Assembly: GCA_964016885.1 (NCBI GenBank)
Contig: OZ024740.1
Location: forward strand, 379,502,001 to 379,566,000
Direction of reading: 5' to 3'
Length of the DNA stretch: 64,000 nt
From: Eledone cirrhosa
Lineage: Eukaryota
Of this stretch, positions 1 to 14,032 are shown piece after piece (position 1 is the stretch's first letter; every line of letters starts with the position of its first letter). Under the pieces are notes generated by a model, which saw only the letters and a list, made by a program, of their open reading frames with translations, was not told where the DNA came from and did not search any database. The position numbers and the translations under genes are program-made.

Positions 1-194
1 CAAATGATCACTATTCAAAGTCTGTTTGCATGAGTGTTTGTGTGTGTGTGTGTGTGAGTGTGTGTGTATGTGTGTGTGGAGCGGCAGTTGTTAGTGATAT
101 AAGGTATACTTAGAGGCCTGTGTTTTTTAGCAAGCACATTTTAGCTACGCTGTCATGAATAGATACTGCGGTAAAAGCAGTTGCATTATTAATA

Positions 195-380
195 TTTGTT
201 TCTACTTTTGGCACAAGACCAGCAGTTATCCCAGTGTATTACTGGTACTTTATTCTATCGACTCCGTAAGGATGAAAGGCAAAGATAACCTCGGTGGGAT
301 TTGAACTCAGACCATAAAGGGCCGTAACTCTTTGCTGCAAAGCATGGCGTCCGACCCTCTACCGATACTGCCAATCCATT
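195..380 (-). mobile_element. tRNA-derived SINE (Meta/MESC-type core)
   Basis: Reverse complement has a B-box GAGTTCAAATCCC followed by the core CTTTGCCTTTCATCCTTACGG.GTCGATA...AAGTACCAG and a ...GTAGAAAC tail; many copies in the window. Confidence 0.75.
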
Positions 381-525
381 TATTAATATTGATGTCTCAT
401 TGGTGCAAATAATATCCATGGATCTCCTCCCCAGACCAGTCAACTCTCCCCGTCCGACAGGGAGATCTCCCACTCACTTTGGTGTGGATGAGAGATGTCT
501 CCTCTTGTGAAAATAGGTATAGTTT

Positions 526-2621
526 TATAGCGAGGATACTGGGTGAAATGGGTAGTAACAAAACGAGACATGGTTTGTGTGTATAATATTTAATTAACGG
601 TAGATAGAATACTTGACATGTCAAAGATAGATGTTAGAATGAAACAAAGTTAGTAGTTACCGTTTTGATTGCCAGGCAAACGCGGCTGGCAGAGGGCGCC
701 TGGCTAAGGCCAGGCGCCTGTTGGCCAAATTAATGGCAGAGCCAAATGAGAAGACTCTTGACCTGGTGCCGAAAAGGCAAAGAGAGAAAGGAAGCTTAAA
801 GTTATTAGTTTTATAGGGCTCTGACCGGAAGTCGCAGAAAGGGTTCCACCTCCCGTCTAGATCCCAATCAAAACAAGGGAGACAACCGCTACATAACCTC
901 CCGCCAGAATTTTAGTGTATAAAAATCGAAATGAAAATATGTAGCAAGTTGGCGAGAATGTTGTAACAGGCATGAAAATTACGACAAAAGAATGTTTGGA
1001 AAAATCAATGATAGATATCAAGGTAGCCAACCGCTCTTGGCCAGAGAACGACTGGACATCCATCTATCCATCACCCAAAGATACAATGTAATAAAGTAAA
1101 AGTAATAGAAGAGCTCAAAGTTCAAAATATAGTTCACAGGTGTGCAATCACATGACAGCAGGAAAGAAAGTGTGTTCCAGAGAATGAATGCAGGTGGTTT
1201 CTGTTCTGTGGTATATCGTGAAATTTCCAACCTCCGAATGGATTTTCTCACAGGAAGAGTGCTGCAAAAATGAATTCTCTGGCTTTGGTGAAGCTGTATT
1301 GATGTATTGCTGTTGCTGCTGCTGTTGTCTCGCTGAGTGAGCGTATTCGGTGTTTAAATTCACAGTAAAAAAAATTTATTTAGAAAAAATGAGTTGCGCA
1401 AAGTGCTAGAAATAGCAGCCGAAGTTGATGGTCGATGTTGAGAATGCGTTGACCTGGAAGGGTCAAGAGGCCAGCGACCAGAGAAATAAGCATTCTTAAT
1501 AAATGCGCGGTTATCAACTGTAAATTTACATTGTAAATTTATAAACCGGCAAATAGAAGAATATAGCTTAAGGCTGAAGAATCCCTGGTGATAAATGGCG
1601 TGCGGCTGTCTGTGAGTAGAGACATCTCTGTGAATCGAGAATTTGTGCTGCCTACACGTGCCAATACAAGGTTGAAAAAAAATAATATTTCTAACGCGCG
1701 AGAAAAATATAGTGCAATGTTGAAAGTGACAATGATGAAAAAGAAAGGCTTCAATCAGCATAATTATTGGTGTGAACTTTGGGGGAAAAAAAAAAAAAAA
1801 AAAAATTGAACGATGAAGAAAACGATGAACAAAAAGGCAATGGTTCATCGAAAATAAATGTTCCTGTTGAAATGTTATTTAAAGAATATCAAATTTCTTT
1901 TTTTTTTTGTGTTTTGAAAGAGTTCGTTGTAAGAAACGAGAAACATATATATATATATATCGTGAAATGTTTTTTTTTGTTTTGAAAGTGTTCGTTGTAA
2001 GAAACGAGAAACATATATATATATATTGGTGAAATGCGACAGTTAATTGATGCGTGAGAGAAAAAGTATGTCTGTGCGAATTCCACATGTGCGTGTGTGC
2101 GTGTCCTTGAGTAGTTTCATTGTTTGTCGCTAAATTTGCTGTGTATTCGTAATGTTACTCACAAAACCAGATGTGCTATTTTTTTCTTTTGGGGGGGGGT
2201 GACCACTTATAGCGATGAACGGCTGCGTGTTCGTATCACGTCAGGGTTACCAATATAGCGAGGATACTGGGTGAAATGGGTAGTAACAAAACGAGACATG
2301 GTTTGTGTGTATAATATTTAATTAACGGTAGATAGAATACTTGACATGTCAAAGATAGATGTTAGAATGAAACAAAGTTAGTAGTTACCGTTTTGATTGC
2401 CAGGCAAACGCGGCTGGCAGAGGGCGCCTGGCTAAGGCCAGGCGCCTGTTGGCCAAATTAATGGCAGAGCCAAATGAGAAGACTCTTGACCTGGTGCCGA
2501 AAAGGCAAAGAGAGAAAGGAAGCTTAAAGTTGTTAGTTTTATAGGGCTCTGACCGGAAGTCGCAGAAAGGGTTCCACCTCCCGTCTAGATCCCAATCAAA
2601 ACAAGGGAGACAACCGCTACA
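526..2621 (-). mobile_element. Non-autonomous LTR retrotransposon (Ty3/gypsy-like)
   Basis: Two 368-bp direct repeats (526-893, 2254-2621), one mismatch seen. Termini on the minus strand are TGTAGCG...CGCTATA. 4-bp TSD GTTT (522-525, 2622-2625), tRNA-Trp-like PBS at 2221-2252, PPT GGCGGGAGG next to the 3' LTR, no intact internal ORF. Confidence 0.9.
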
Positions 2622-3216
2622 GTTTTCATTATGTAAAATCTCCCTATTTTGCTCCGTTTCTCCCCGTTTGGGTTTTTAGAGGTTGGCAGGTCTGCCTCCC
2701 GTACCAGTCTATACACAATTCTTAGTACAGTTTTATTTTCTAATGTTAACTGTAAGTCGAATCTTATGTACATCACAGAATCCAGGGGCACAAACAGCTC
2801 ATAAAATTAACATTACAATATCATACACAGCTAAAATGCGTTTATATAGTTTCATGTGATTGAATTGAAACGTTGGAAAAATAACAAGAGAATTCGAAAA
2901 GAAAACATTTAAGAACTACATAACAAATTGAAGTACATGATGTAGAAATGATTAAGCTTTTATCTTGTATATCACGTTTTGTTGAAAACACATTTGACGA
3001 TTCTAAATAAATACCATTGAAAATTATACTGTTTTATATCTTTAATAAAGAGTGTGTATATAGGGTCTATTTTCATTAACTATACAGTTAGAATAAACAC
3101 TGTTATATCCTAAATTAAATTAATTTAATAACAAAATTGATTTATACAAACAATCAATGCTAAAAATGTTTGATTCATTATTGGCACAAGCTTTATGTAT
3201 CTGTAAGTATATGTTT

Positions 3217-3715
<499 letters not shown>

Positions 3716-3760
3716 ATATGTTTATATGTGTGCGTGTGCATGTATGTATATATCTATAAC

Positions 3761-3976
<216 letters not shown>

Positions 3977-4119
3977 TTCACATACATATTTATACATCAG
4001 GCATAAACACATATATGAGTGGTGTCCACCTTCAGCTGGATTTTTTTTTATGAATGAATGAATTAAATAAATAATCAATTAATCAGAACTCTATAAAATT
4101 ATAACAAACAGACAAAATA

Positions 4120-5630
4120 CGTATCTCCAAGTCAGTCGAGATAGAGAAGCGAAGGGACAAGTCCAGTGCCGCTGGAAGTGACCAGCAACGAAAGCCAAAT
4201 ATTTAGACGAGTAGTCATCTACGGCAGAGGTGAGATGGCAGGTGCCTTTTAGTGTCTAGAGGGCTTTCGAGAAACGTTCCTCTCTTTAGTATTTGTCGGA
4301 CATTGGAACACCATCTTGGATGTACGCTGGAACTGTGGGAAGCTACTCGAAAGAAGACGGAATGCAAAAGTATCGAAACCATACTCTAACATTTCCAGGC
4401 ATCTAACAGGTACCGACGGGATACCTCGAATGTACCAATGTGAACATGACAAACCGCATCGGGTCATCTATATCGTTTCTAGGTAGAGTATTATCTAGGC
4501 CAGTGAATAGAGATGGCGTAGGTTGAACACAATTAAAAATTCCTCGGCTACACAGATACAAATTTGTCATCTGTTCTGTCGGACTAGATAGTTTTCCTAA
4601 GCAGGAACCCAGATGCTGGTAACTGAATGCGTCGTTCTAGGCGCTCAAAGCTCGCAGTGAATAAACTAGAAAATTATTCAAGCGAGCAACAAATGATGCT
4701 TCGTTCTGAAAAGTGATTAGCGGGAGTAGCGTTTGAGAAAACTAGATTGTGGGGAGATCTAGTTAATACAGAAGAAGTGAGTAGGAAAGAGATCGCGACC
4801 GGCGAGTTACGGAGATGTTAGCTTCGATCAATTTTTCAACGTGAAGCACGACAACTGTGGTTTCATAGCTAAGGTGCCTTCTCATAGGCGTGAAAGAACG
4901 AAAGCTGTTCAATAGGCCCGTGTGGCAGAAGTGCAACCTGACAACAAAGTCACAATTCATTTTGGGAGGCTCATGATGAGTACATTTTATTCGATTTCAA
5001 GCAGATGTGTGTGGCTTTTTCCAACAGCACTTCACTCAACTATTTGGGTTGAGTGGTAAGCCGCATTGTAGGATGGACGTCAATAACTATATCGTCATCC
5101 TGCCATGACTCACAGCAACTGATAACAGTCACAGAGATTACGAGAAACTAAGAATGGGGCAGGTGAGGGTGATTGGGATCTGGGCCTAGAGCGCGGCTGT
5201 AATGGGGCTGCGCCCCGCGGACAGGACCGCAAAAGCATACCCGCAGACAATGGCCAGAGACACCCGTTGCAACAGCCACACCATCTCGCGGGGATCTTTC
5301 CTCAGACGGGCCGCCGCGGCGGAGTTCGGCAGTACAGGGTCCAAGTACGCCTGAGGTCTCGACGGCAACTGATGGGAAGACAAAGCGACCAGACATTCCC
5401 GGTATTTGTTTATTTTCCTTTCCTTTGCATAGCGAGCCGTGATATCAGGGTTTGTGGCCGAAGCAACTAATTTGGAAGCGGAAAACGTGTCACAACAAGT
5501 GGTGGCCCAGATGAGGGATCTACCTCCTTCGAATGGGAAGAGGGTGATTACATCGGGGTGCTTGCCGTCTCCACGGTCAAGGCCCGCTGGCTCTAGTTGT
5601 GATGGGAAGCTAGCTGCTGCTTGATGAAGC
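4120..5630 (-). mobile_element. Degenerate CRE-clade (RLE-type) non-LTR retrotransposon fragments
   Basis: 5150-5630 translates piecewise to GLDRGDGKHPD...LIWATTCCDTF...KY...FPSVAVETSGVLGP...DPREMVWLLQRVSLAI, a typical CRE C-terminal endonuclease region. 4120-5000 has only weak RT-like remnants. Confidence 0.55.
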
Positions 5631-6505
5631 TGGTGGTCATTGGTTTCATAGATATGTATTCCACCGGTGAATCGAATTACGTTTTTACGACCGCTTATAT
5701 TTTCTTATTTTATCAATCTACATATTTGAAAGAAGAATGTATATAGATAATCTATTACGGGATAAAGTTAATCGAAATAAATACAAGGTTTTCGCTGTAT
5801 ATCATTTTAGCTAAAACTTGATATTAGCCAACGAACTTGAGGCATTTATGAAGTTAAGTTGAGAAAGCGACAGCTTAGACGGGTCAAATTCCGTGGTGCA
5901 TTTGAACGGGTTGATAATTTCTTTATCAGAGCTCATCATCAATATTCTTCTGTGACCCTAGAGCCCTTGCCTTTCGCTTTCTTTTTTTCTTTCTTTTTGA
6001 ATATTAATTAATATGAATTAAAATATAACAACATGAATTTTTCTAAAGATCTTGAGTTTGTTTTAAAGCAAACTTAAAACTGCTACATTACGTGAATTCA
6101 CTAATATGTATACAGATCAGCTTTGTTACTTAAGCAACTAAAATCACTAACTCAAAAAACATTCTATTGCTTCTCTTTCTCACTTCTTTTGTACTACTAT
6201 GAGCTCTCTGCAGAATTAGCCAACTGCATACATCTTCCACCCAGATTCACTTCAGAGAGAGAGGGTGCTTTCTATTAAGAATTGCTATCGTCTGGAATTT
6301 CCTCGCCTTCCACAGACATTGAGCTACAGATGATTAAATTAAACAAACTTTCTGCACTGACAAATTAATAAAAGAAAGTTAGAAAAATAACTTCAAATAA
6401 AAACCGAAATTAGGTAAAAATGACTTGTCGGTGTAGATACGTAAAGCGCTTGCGTTATCTCACAAGGGAAATAACTCACCTTTACTTATTTACTTATTAT
6501 TTCCC

Positions 6506-6860
6506 GGTGATGATTTGGCAGTATCGGTAGAGGTTAACTTTGATTTGGCAGTATCGGTAGAGGTTAACTTTGCCTTTCATCCTTACGGGATCGATAAAAT
6601 AAAGTACCTGTAATACACTTAGATAATTGCTGGCTTTGTACCAAAAGTAGAAACAATTATTTCCCTTAGGGCGGTGGATTGGCAGTATCGGTAGAGGGTC
6701 GGACGCCATGCTTTGACGAATAGAGTTACGTCCCTTGCCATTCTGAGTTCAAATCCCGACGAGGTTAACTTTGCCTTTCATCCTTACGGGGTCGATAAAA
6801 TAAAGTACCAGTAATACACTGAGTTTTTGCTGACCTTGTGCCAAAAGTAGAAACAATTAT
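6506..6860 (+). mobile_element. Meta-type SINE (full copy 6669-6860) preceded by an internally deleted/duplicated copy
   Basis: A-box-like TGGCAGTATCGG, B-box GAGTTCAAATCCC, Meta core; TTATTTCCCTTA repeated on both sides of the full copy. Confidence 0.8.
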
Positions 6861-7259
6861 TTCCCTTAGTTTATTTTTTATTTTTTTATTTGTTTTCTTA
6901 TTTGACTTCAGGTCAACCCTCATCTTTTAGTACATTTACCAGGTCAGTAGTCATCTTTTTGTGTATATACTAAGGGATACATTGGCGAATGTATTCATTC
7001 AAGATGGTAGGGTGATTTAAAAGAGATGTGGTTGCTGCTTCTAGCAGGTCGAACGACCACCGAAGTGGCTTTTTTTGTTAATTTCTAGCTGTCGTTGTTG
7101 ATGATATTGCTGTTATCGTTGTTGTTTATCCCTGTCATTTCTGATGAGGCCGCACTTTCAAAAAATGCGTCTCAGTGATACCCCCCCCCCCCCCACACAC
7201 ACACACCCAATAATTATATTTTTCTTCCCAATTGATGTACATATTATGAAGAGACAGAT

Positions 7260-7512
7260 GGGAGAGATAGATATAGATAGAGAGGGGGAGTGTTTGGTGA
7301 TAATTGATATAGAGAGGGAGGTTGTGAGAGTGTGTTGTATATTAGATATACAGAGGGGGAGATATTGATGTTTATTGATATAGAGAGAGGAATTTGAAGA
7401 GAGTTCCGTGTAGTGGATATACAGAGAATATATAGTGGATATACAGAGGAGGGTAGTTTGGCGTTAATTGATATAGAGAGGGATATTGGAAGAGAGTTCC
7501 GAATAGTAGATA
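7260..7512. repeat. Degenerate GATATAGAGAGGG minisatellite, continuing at 13246-13415
   Basis: The recurring motif gatatagagaggg flanks the Tx1 element on both sides. Confidence 0.6.
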
Positions 7513-7755
7513 TAAATTTCTATTTATTTGCCACCAGGGCATCAAAGATTGGGACAAATACAAAGGGGGGAGTTTACATACATTTAAAAAGACGTGTAAA
7601 AAACATATAACAAATTAAATTTAACAATCGATGTCCTCAATAGGGAGGGGCGTTGACATGGGTCACACACACCCCCGAAAAAATGTGCAACCCTCCTCTT
7701 CAGGAGCACAAAGAGCGGGTGCTTCCTTCCTCTTCTCATTCTTCTCCTCTCTCAC

Positions 7756-10700
7756 CTACAGGCTGATATAGAGAGAAGGCCCATTCACTCGGGCCATTCT
7801 CGCTACTTTCACCCACCTTTCATAAAACTTGCTGGGGTAGAGCACCTCTCTCTCCATTCTGATCCTTCTTCTAAAGTGGTACTTGATAAAAAAGACCAGT
7901 TGTTGGCCGGAGAGAAAGGTGTCTGACCTCAGCCATTTCAACCTTGTCCACCATACAACTTCTTTCGCCATAGCTATCACACAGAAGAAAACCGCCTCAC
8001 ATTCGTTTTTGAAAGGGGGAGGCGGTTTGATCGTGACAATGTTCTCGGTGGTCAACCGGATTGGTCCCACCCGCGACAGTAGTCGTTCCAGATAGCCCCA
8101 CAGGTCAGCAACGCCCGGGCAGTGTACGAATGCGTGTGCGACGGTTTCCTCGTCACGCACGCATCTTGGACAGATCTTCTTCGAGGGGTCCCTACCCGGG
8201 CGCCCGTGTCTGTAGAGCTTGTCCCGAACGGGTAGAGCTCCTCGGTAACATTGCCAAGCCAGGGACTTTTGGAAGTTGTCCATCGGTCCCGAGCCAAACG
8301 TCCTACCGAACAGACTGGCCAGCTCATCTTCCTCCAAGCCCAGAGCCTCTCCGAGAGCGTCGTCGCATTTACTGCGCACCAATCCTCTATAGAATGTTGA
8401 GGTTGAGTCTCCACTGATTGCCGGATCCGCTTGCCAGAGGGCCGTGAGCGCCTGGGCACATTCAATGTGCCAGTCGCCCACTTTTCTTGGTCTTTGCTTG
8501 ACCCAGGATTGCAGCTCGGTGAGTGAGACGAGTCTCGGAAAGGCTCGCCTCACAAACAGGGCCCACACCGGCTGACCGGTGAGGAATACCTGGAGGTGCC
8601 GTAGCCTTAATGCGTGTCTACGCATCGTCAGCCACGGCATCCCCAGCCCTCCGTTCGAAGGGTGTTGACAGCAGATGGATCTTCTCACCAAGGGAGCCCG
8701 CTTCTTCCAAAGAAATCGGAAGAGCGCGCGCTCCATTTTGGCGAGTGTTTTCTCTGGGCAAGGCACGACGGTCAAGCGGTAGTAGATGACGGACGCTATA
8801 TAAGCGTTCGCCACCTCCACTCGACCTTTCAGGGATAGTTTGCACTCGGCCCACTTCTGGGCGAGTGCAAACACCTTGCCCGTTACCTCGTCCCAGTTTT
8901 TCTCCACCTGGAGGTCCGGTCCGAACCAGACCCCGAGCAGCTTCACCGGTCCCTCCATCCAGCGTCCGACGATGCCGTCGGAGGGCATCGTTTTGCCCCT
9001 CCACGTCTCGAGTAGCAAACCGACGGACTTGTCCCGGTTCAGCTTGGCTCCTGTGAACCTTTCATATTCCTCCAGTAAGGTGCCGATCTGCCCGATTTCC
9101 GAGGCGCACGACACCATTACTGTCACGTCATCGGCGACACTGCTTTCCGCAATCCCGGTTCCAAGGGGATGCTCTGCAACAGCTCCAGCTTCTGCAGTAG
9201 TGGCTCGAGAGCCAGCACATACAGGAGGGAGGAGAGAGGGCATCCCTGTCGGATGGATCGCGTGATTTGGGACGGCTCCGACAGGTAGCCGTTCACCTTG
9301 ACCCTCGAGCAGGTGTTGCTGCTGTGCATTGCAGCAATCCAGCCCCTGAAAACGGGTCCGAAGCCTGCCGCCGCGAGCACCGCATCCAGGTACCGATGGT
9401 CAACCCTATCGAACGCCTTAGATTGATCCAAGTTGATCAGGGCCCCACCAAAGCCGGGTTCGTTCCCTACCCTCTCTACGATGTATCGCATGAGGTGGAG
9501 GTTGTCGTGTATGGACCTGGACGGGATTGCGCATGTCTGCGCTTCTCCCACCAGGTTCCCGACGACAAGCGCCAACCTCTTCTCGAACACCCTGGCCAAA
9601 ATCTTTAACTCTGTGTTTAGCAGAGTTATGGGCCTAAAGTTATCTATGTCATCCCCCTTGTTCTCGTCCTTCCTCACCAGCGTGACTACGCCCTTGGTCA
9701 CAGAACTGGGAATTCTCCCGTTCTGTTGCCAGTTGCAGTAGACCGCCTCGAGGAGACCGGAGAACAAGCCCGGCATCGCTACATAAAGTTCGTATGGTAG
9801 ACCATCGAGACCCGGATATTTGCGTTTGCCGCATTGGCTCAGCGCTTCCCCTATTTCAGCGGATGAAATCGGCCTCTCGCAGGACTTCGCCTCCCCGTCC
9901 TAGAGCCGCGCCAGACTGTCGAGGTATGGACCGAAATCCATGGCCCCACCCAGCCCGCCGCCCCTCCCGAACAGTCGTGCAAAGCGCCGTTGAAAGGCCG
10001 CGCTCATCCGCTCAGGTTCAAGGATCACGCGTCCATCCTGGTCCTTCAAAGACCGAATCGTGGACTTGTTCCACTTTTTGCCTCTGTCACTCGGGCCCAG
10101 CTAACAGCTTTGGCTCCCTCGTTACCCAGAGCACGTATTTTACTCCTGACAACGCAGCCCTCGTGCTTCGCATCAAAGAACTGGTCTAGGGCCGTTCTTG
10201 ATGCCAGCACGCCGGCCATGTTGCCACTCCTAATCGCCTCTTCTATTCTATTTGTTAATTCCCTTTTAGTTCTATTCCTATCTGATGCTAATTCCCGACT
10301 AAAACCTATCGATTCTATTCTAATTTCTCTCTTGAGAGAGCCCCACCACCTGCTGTTGACAATTGCCCCCGTCAAACGCTGCTTAACTAGTCTGCTAATC
10401 CGCTTACTGTAAGCTTTGTTTGTCGGTAAAGACAAGTTTAGCTTCCAGTAGCCGCGTCCCTGTCTATGAGTTCTATCGAGGTTGACCACTCCGGTCACCA
10501 ACTTGTGATCCGAATAGTCAACCATGAACATTCGTGGACAGCTTAATATGTCCCTATCCTTATTTCTAACTAGGAACCTATCTAGGTACGACCTAGATGT
10601 TCCGCTACGATTAGTCTACGTCCACAGTGGCACAGTCGGAAAATCTAGTCAATATCTATCGGCCAGATCAAATCGGCCGATTAATCGTTTGAGGCTGTTA

Positions 10701-11185
10701 CACCCCCCTCTATCGGGACATGCCCCTACATAGTCCCAACGTGCATCCAGGATACCATTCCAGTCCCCCACTAAAAGCAAGGAGCGAGACGTTCCCAGGA
10801 AATTCTCCAGGCGTCGGAAGAAGTCCGGTCGCCGTGTCCCAGATGGGGCATACGCTGCCACCAGCCTGAAAGCTCAACCTTCACCACTGCCGACGTCTAA
10901 AACCACCAGTCGACCCTCCGGGTCCAGGTGTACCTTCTGTGTGGCAAGACCTAGGTATTTTCGCAGCAGAACGACAACCCCACCCCCACCCCTCGGCTGA
11001 CAGAGAGATGCGTAGATCTCAAAGTCGTCGAAGATGGGGGCCAGTTGGCGCTCGCTGCTGATCCTGGACTCGCAAATAACCATTACATCCACTCTGTGCG
11101 ATCTGAGGTCATTTAAGAGTTTGCCCTGTTTCCAGTACATCCCCAAGCCGCGTGCATTCACACATCCCACTCTTATATTGGCCAT
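7756..11185 (-). pseudogene. Tx1 ORF2 (APE endonuclease + reverse transcriptase + zf-RVT), frameshifted
   Basis: Motifs NIRVGCVNARGL, AAYAP, LLVGDWN, SDHK, FRPITLLNTELKIL, DQSKAFDRVDH, RQGCPLS, CPRC..EETVAHAFVHC are spread over several frames; the YADD motif is damaged (..SVADD). Confidence 0.9.
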
Positions 11186-11227
11186 GTTGGTGCTGAAGAG
11201 TTAAAAAGGAAGAGGAAAGGAAATTAC

Positions 11228-11954
11228 TTACCTCTTCGTCTCCTGGGGACCAGGCTGCATAATTTCCATGGGGGTGTTGGAAGGGTTGTTTGGTGGGGTG
11301 GTGGTTTGTGGTGGGGTGAGGACATCAGTGTGTGGTGGGATTAGGGTGTTTGGTGGGGTGTGGGTGTCTGGTGTGGGGGTGGGGAAACATCTCAATAGGA
11401 CGTGGTTAAGTGGTTTGGTGCAGTTGGTCCCCCACATGCATTGGATGGTTCTTTTTCAAAGTTACATAGGTTTCCGTTGGGACCCTAATCATCATTAGGT
11501 GCGGTTTGCTCGCTGCGTAGGTGAAAGTGATCCCTTCGGTGGAAACCGAAGGGTTATTTTCTATTGCTTTCATCAACGTTTTATTGTTCTTGTTAATGTA
11601 TGTATAGAGTTTTTGTTGTGTTGTGTTTGTTTTTGTTTGTGCGTGTTTGCGTTTTGTAGTATGTGTTATGTTTTGGGGAGGGGTGGGTTTTTTTGTTTGT
11701 GATGTTTGTTGTTTGTGCTGGTGGTTGTGTGTTTGTAGCATTTTTGTTGATGTGGTGCCTTTTTTTTTCCTTTTCACCTGTTGAAAGGGTTCTCCCTCGT
11801 CGTCACTGGGTGACGTTGATACGGAGTTCTCTTCCGTGTTGTTGGGGAGGGTTATATTTTGGGGTTTTGTTGTGGTTGCTTTTGTATTTGTTTTAGGTGG
11901 GGAGGGGTTGGGTGGAACAGTGTTTTGTGTTGTTATTTTTCCGTGTTGTTGTGG

Positions 11955-11994
<40 letters not shown>

Positions 11995-12940
11995 GGTGGT
12001 GGTGGTGGTGGTGGTGGCTGTGTTGTTGTGTTCGGGGTTGGCAGAAGAGCCTTTTTTTTTACTCGTTAATTGAGGACAGGCAGCCCTCAGGTGACCCCTG
12101 CTTAAGCAGTGGTAACATGACGGCCGCCTTCCCTCCACTGAAATGTTTATATAAGTTAGCCCGTCCAGAGGCACGCGTTGTGGGATATTCGCTATTCGTT
12201 CTGGGCTCATTTGCACCAGAACTTCTACGCTGGTCCCACCAAATACACCTCCGGAGGACTTTCCTATTGAAATTATCTTGTCTTCATCAAAGTCAATGAT
12301 TCCACATAATATCCACCAAATATTTACATTTGGTGTGATACTCATTATTTTTATTCTTTGTGTCCTTTTTCCCCTGTATGTGGGGAAAAGGTGAAGCGGG
12401 GGGACACAATGGGTGATACCGAGTACTTTTGTGCTGTTGACTGGTTGTTCATTAGCACCGAAATGCTACCAAACAGTTTACCTTTTTGTGTGAAGGTTAT
12501 GTCCTTCATTGCATCTTTTAGAACCAGCTCAATTTCATTTTGTGATAATTGAGCTGCTTTTCTTGTTTCGTTCGATATTGTACTGAAAACTGTGGTTTTC
12601 AGGACAGCCTATCTACGTAATTCCTGTGGAGAATTGATGCTAAAAGCACCGGTTTCGCCAAAAGTCACGAATTGTTTTGCGTCTTGTAGTAGTTGTTTAG
12701 CATTTGTTATGTCTATTGGCGTGTATAGTTCGTTTTTTTTTAGTCTGTGCGAATGTTGTTTTGGTGTTGTGTCTTTTTTGTAGCTGCTGTTGTTGTCATT
12801 GTTGGTAATATTGTTCATGTTTTCCTTGGTGTTGCTATTGTTGCAGTTGTTGGTTGTGGTGTTATTGTCATTGTTCTTGTTGTTGGTGCTGGTATTATTT
12901 ACCGGGTTTGGTTTCGTTGTTTCAATATTTTCAACGTTTT
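11228..12940 (-). pseudogene. Tx1 ORF1 (gag-like zinc knuckle), frameshifted
   Basis: VEGRRPSCYHCLSRGHLRAAC CCHC knuckle and a low-complexity T/N-rich tail upstream of ORF2; boundaries approximate. Confidence 0.7.
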
Positions 12941-14032
12941 TCGATAATGCGAGGGGGGGAAGGCTGCAAAATTTGTACTCCTACCTTCCCTCCACCACTT
13001 TTATTAGTGGGCGTGGCACTCACGGCAGTGTGCGAGGTGGAAATGGCATCCATTGCTGACTACCAAGTCTACAAAGTTTTGAGATGAAAATGAAAATTTC
13101 GCCCCAGAAAGGGGCGAAAATTAGTTGACTCAACGTCTGAAGGCCCAGGCAAGGGGTTAAACTAAACAATGCTATTAAATTGAGCAATGAACTCACAGTT
13201 TTTTTTACAATAATCCGTAAAAGTCCGGAGCGAAGTAATTCACGTCTATATCAAGTGGTAATTGATATAGAGAGAGGAAAGGGGAGAGAGTGTTGTATGG
13301 TTGATGTAGAGAGGGGAAGAGTTTGGTAGTAATGAATAGAGTTAGAGGATTGATAGAGATAGATATTGATAGATATAGAGAAGAGTTCAGCGACGAAAAA
13401 CTCCCGTTTAGATATACTAATAATGAAAAGAAACACAAAAGTAGAAACTGATATATATTACAAAAATACCTCCACCCGACAATACCTCCTTTTTATATCA
13501 GCTCATCCAAAAGAGACCCGGTCCATTCAATTTAACTAAGTGGACATATACAATAGTTTCAAACCTAACAGCAAGAGACCGCAGACTAGAAGAGATGAAA
13601 ATAAAGCTCATCAAGAGGAAATGTCCTCTGAATTTAATCAATAATACTATACAAAAACCAAAGCAAATTGACATCTAAGAACTCCGAGAAACAAAGAAAA
13701 AAAATATTTCTACTTTTAACCCAAAGAATGCCGAAATCTTTACACACATCCAATTAAATTTACCGATTCTACTAAGGGACTAAAACATGAGAAACAACTT
13801 ATATATTTACACATACTTGCATACATACATACATACAAAAAAAAAAATCCTGAAAGAAAAACGGTGTTCAACTTCAGTTAGCACTGTAATATATTAAAAT
13901 GGCTTGTGGAAAATTGTTTTCAAACCTTCTCAAAAGTACAATTAAATGTTTATTGTTTTCATAGTCATAGTCTCGGTGTAAATTGTATAGCAATTGTGTT
14001 ACTCAATTCCATTAAGGTGTTTGTTATACGAG

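Larger units (their letters stand above)
7516..13245 (-). mobile_element. Near full-length Tx1-type (L1 group) non-LTR retrotransposon, inactivated
   Basis: ORF1 pieces with a CCHC knuckle and ORF2 pieces with APE, RT and a C-terminal zinc finger; 3' UTR matches the copies at 16985-19727. Confidence 0.9.

Noticed and set aside
2221-2252. tRNA-Trp gene
   Set aside because: Only the 3' 32 nt with encoded CCA are present, next to an LTR; it is a primer-binding site.
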